DNA of 64,000 bases from Mobula hypostoma (Eukaryota): assembly GCF_963921235.1 (NCBI RefSeq), contig NC_086108.1, positions 65,474,001 through 65,538,000 on the forward strand, given 5' to 3'. The stretch's first letter is position 1. Every line of letters begins with the position of its first letter. The translations under genes were made by a program, and so were the position numbers. Shown here in pieces: positions 61,006-64,000 of the stretch. A model generated the notes under the pieces. The model had not been told where the DNA came from. It saw only the letters and a list, made by a program, of their open reading frames with translations, and did not search any database.

Positions 61006-64000
61006 TGTTTATTCCCCTTCATAGATGCTGCCTGATTTGCTGAGTTTCATATGTGTAGCTGAGTAACTTAAGCCTTTCATTCTTTCCTTTCAACTCACTC
61101 TCTATATTTTTCTTCTATCATCTAAATGTTTTTATTATTACTATGTGACATGCATTTAAAAAGATGCCAGCTTGACGTTTATGTAGATATTAAATGTTCC
61201 CTGTGGGGGAAATCACAACTGAAACCAAGGCTATCCCTGCCAATGTATATCTCCATTTTCCAGTGGTGATAATGAGTTGATTAGGAGCATAGAACCCTCT
61301 CTGTATTTTCCTTTGTTTGCCCAGGAACCATAAAGCCTACTTCGAAGTCTGAGATTAGTTGACTCTTCATTGACTGGCAAACATGGGTAAACATATACAT
61401 GCCTTAGAGTGCTTGGAAATGTATTTTACATCTTATATATTCATAAGAAGAATAAATTATAATATAAATCAAAATAATGATGACTTATTTGTAATTTCAT
61501 TCTTATTAGATTTTACAAAATAATTTCAACACCTAGAAACAGTAAACACTACTAATGATCAAATATTTAAAAGTCCATAAGGGGATAAATTGTACATGAC
61601 CAATTAGGTAAAGACTTTTATTGCCAGCCTGAGTCAGAATGCGTAAACCTGTTACCCTTCGACTGTATGTAAGGCATTCATTGATGATAGAACATTTCCA
61701 ATATGAACATATATTTTAGGAGAAATTATTCAGTCAAAGAAATTTATAGTAATAATTTATGAGAGGTGAAAAAGAATGAAAAGTCCTCAATGGAGGAATG
61801 AAGCTTATGCTAGGTTGCCCAACCTGAAGATACCGTACTCAACCTGAAGGTACGAAACAGTGTATGTCAGATTTTGGTTAGGTCGGCTACAAATAGTTGA
61901 GTTAGGTCATATTGAACTGGCCATCTCCTTAAAAATAAATTCACCTAGCATTAATATGTTATTTAAAAACTGGGTACCTGATCAGAAACTAAACAACCAT
62001 TTGTGGAAGGGTTTGATTGGGTTAGATATCTGGGCTAAATTTAGATTTTGACTACTCATGGCCAGATTAAGATCAGGTTTTATTTTTTTTTTGCCTAGCA
62101 CATATAGTTTCTTCCATATGAATTTTAAAAAAAAAATCCTAAATGATATATTCCTGGAAGACTTATTCTTATTCTGTGTGGTTATCCTGTTTAACTACCT
62201 GCATTTTATATCATAAACTGAGAGCGAGCTACTGTAATTCTAGCAAAACTGCATTGCTTTGTATTATGTCCCTGTAACTTTAAGTCCTTTTTTATATTTT
62301 TGGACATTGATACATTTGCAAGAACACAGGCAATGTGTGCAAAGTAATCTGGGAATTCCATGCAAGACTGCATTTGTGAAATAGAAATGAAAACTGTGGG
62401 CTTAAGAGAATGTGGCTATTTTGCAATGTCAGTCATTGTATTCTGCCGCTGACAGCAGTTGAAAGTAGATGTAGGAAAAACACCGCTTGCTGCAGCACAG
62501 TCTCTTGGGTAGGAGCATTCCATGAAAGGCATGCCTTGCTTCAGCACCACAGAAATGACTTGTTACCTCAGTAAGCAATACTCAGCAGCTGGGCTTTAAG
62601 CTTGGAATCTTCCAGTACAAAGGTTTGAGGCTAACGAACATGGAAAATGTTGCCAGGTTAGTGTGTTTTAAGACATGATGCAGAAACTACATTTGTACTT
62701 TAATATGCATTGTTCATCATGAGGTAGAAAAAAAGACAATTGCTCTGTAGAATTCTCTGTTAACATTTATTTTACATCTGCTCTTCACAAGATTAGCATA
62801 ATGGTATTTTAAGTTTATCTGAAGTTCTGGTATTAGTATTGTTTAAAGTTTAATTTTTTTATCAATATATTTGGCCATGGCATTTAAATTTTGTCATACT
62901 TGTATGTTTTAGTGAACCTGTTTTTATTCTACATCGAGTCCCATTAAACAGTACAAATGCTATTATAAATTATTTAAATATCAAGATATTTTCTTATTTA
63001 AATTCTAAGCTCACAAAATTTAATATAGCATACCATCTGTCAGTGAGTGTGTGAGTGTGTAAAATAAGCAAGAAAAATACAAAGGTAATGAAATTGTTAC
63101 TTGCAGAATATCATAATCACTGTCCTATCTGAAGGATTTCTGAAATTAACATTTCAGTGATTTATTTGGCTTTTAATTAAAGTTGCTTTGAAGCATTGAA
63201 TCTGAACATTTGAATATATAAACAAATGTCTAATTCCTAGTTCTCACTGCCTATGTGTACTATTTCATGTATGATGCTTTTATCGATGTAAAGTGTTCTG
63301 GTGAATGTTCATGGTGATAAAGTATTGAATGGATTACTGAAGGGTTTCAGATTGTTTCAATTTCCATTCTTCACTTCAGCAACATCTAAATTCTTGTTGA
63401 AGCATGACACTATTCTTTTTTTGTAACAATTCAGTCAATAATCTTGCGTGTTTGTTGAAACTCAACAATATTCTTCCATATTGCTTAATACTTATATGTT
63501 TGAAATAACTTGGTAAATCTGAATTAAAATATAAAAGCAAAAAAAACAATATTGCCTTTCAAACAACATGCTGCATAGTGACTGAGCTGATGATGATCAT
63601 GAGCATTCCTGTTCGACTCCCCATCAATTGTATAAATATTAGTCTTACTTTCCTGTCAAATATATTTGCTTGGGGTAATAATCTGTGAGACACATAATTT
63701 TTAAATTGGTCACACATGGTTTAAATAGGTTTCTATTCAGATTAGTTTTGCTTTGATTCTGAACCTGATCAATTTACTTTAAAATCTAACCAGGCACGCT
63801 TATGAAAATTTCTTTAAGCTACTTTAGAACCTTAATATCAGTTTGACTTATTGTGATAAAGTGCTTATGTTAATTTTAAACATGAGCGTTAAATCTCTCT
63901 GTGGCTTTGCATTATGTGTCACCTTACAGTTAGTAATACTGTGGATGGCCATCTTGAAAGGAAGTTAATTATTCTTCGAGTGTTTTTAAAGAGGAAGTAA

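Noticed and set aside
199..62051. Remaining short ORFs in the six-frame track
   Set aside because: They are antisense or off-frame readings of transposons, or chance ORFs in AT-rich intron, with no splice or homology support.

Overview
This is vertebrate genomic DNA. The repeats (CR1, Rex1/Babar, L1, Penelope-like, Gypsy, Tigger/hAT/Tc1 MITEs, V- and CORE-type SINEs) suggest a cartilaginous fish, probably a ray; that is an inference. The whole window lies inside one + strand multi-PDZ scaffold gene. I identify it as PATJ (INADL) from peptides recalled as PATJ-specific: [46 protein letters not shown] and PPPMRLPPPY. Nine internal coding exons from 2005 to 32312 join in one open frame with canonical GT-AG ends and matching phases, followed by an intron of more than 31 kb that runs off the window. 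Four points stand out. (1) Three exons encode a complete extra PDZ domain matching MPDZ/MUPP1 PDZ6, which human PATJ lacks. (2) A short alternative first exon at 50625-50646 (MVQGGFP+G, phase 1) resembles the N-terminus of the short rodent PATJ isoform CIPP, and a second candidate sits at 62647. (3) Several Penelope-like terminal repeats carry minimal type I hammerhead ribozymes; one internally deleted unit has two ribozymes 408 nt apart and looks retrozyme-like. (4) Transposons are nested several layers deep with readable target-site duplications (TSDs), including a near-full-length young CR1 and an RT-deleted Gypsy element. All protein and family comparisons come from memory, not searches. 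I found no prokaryotic-type system.
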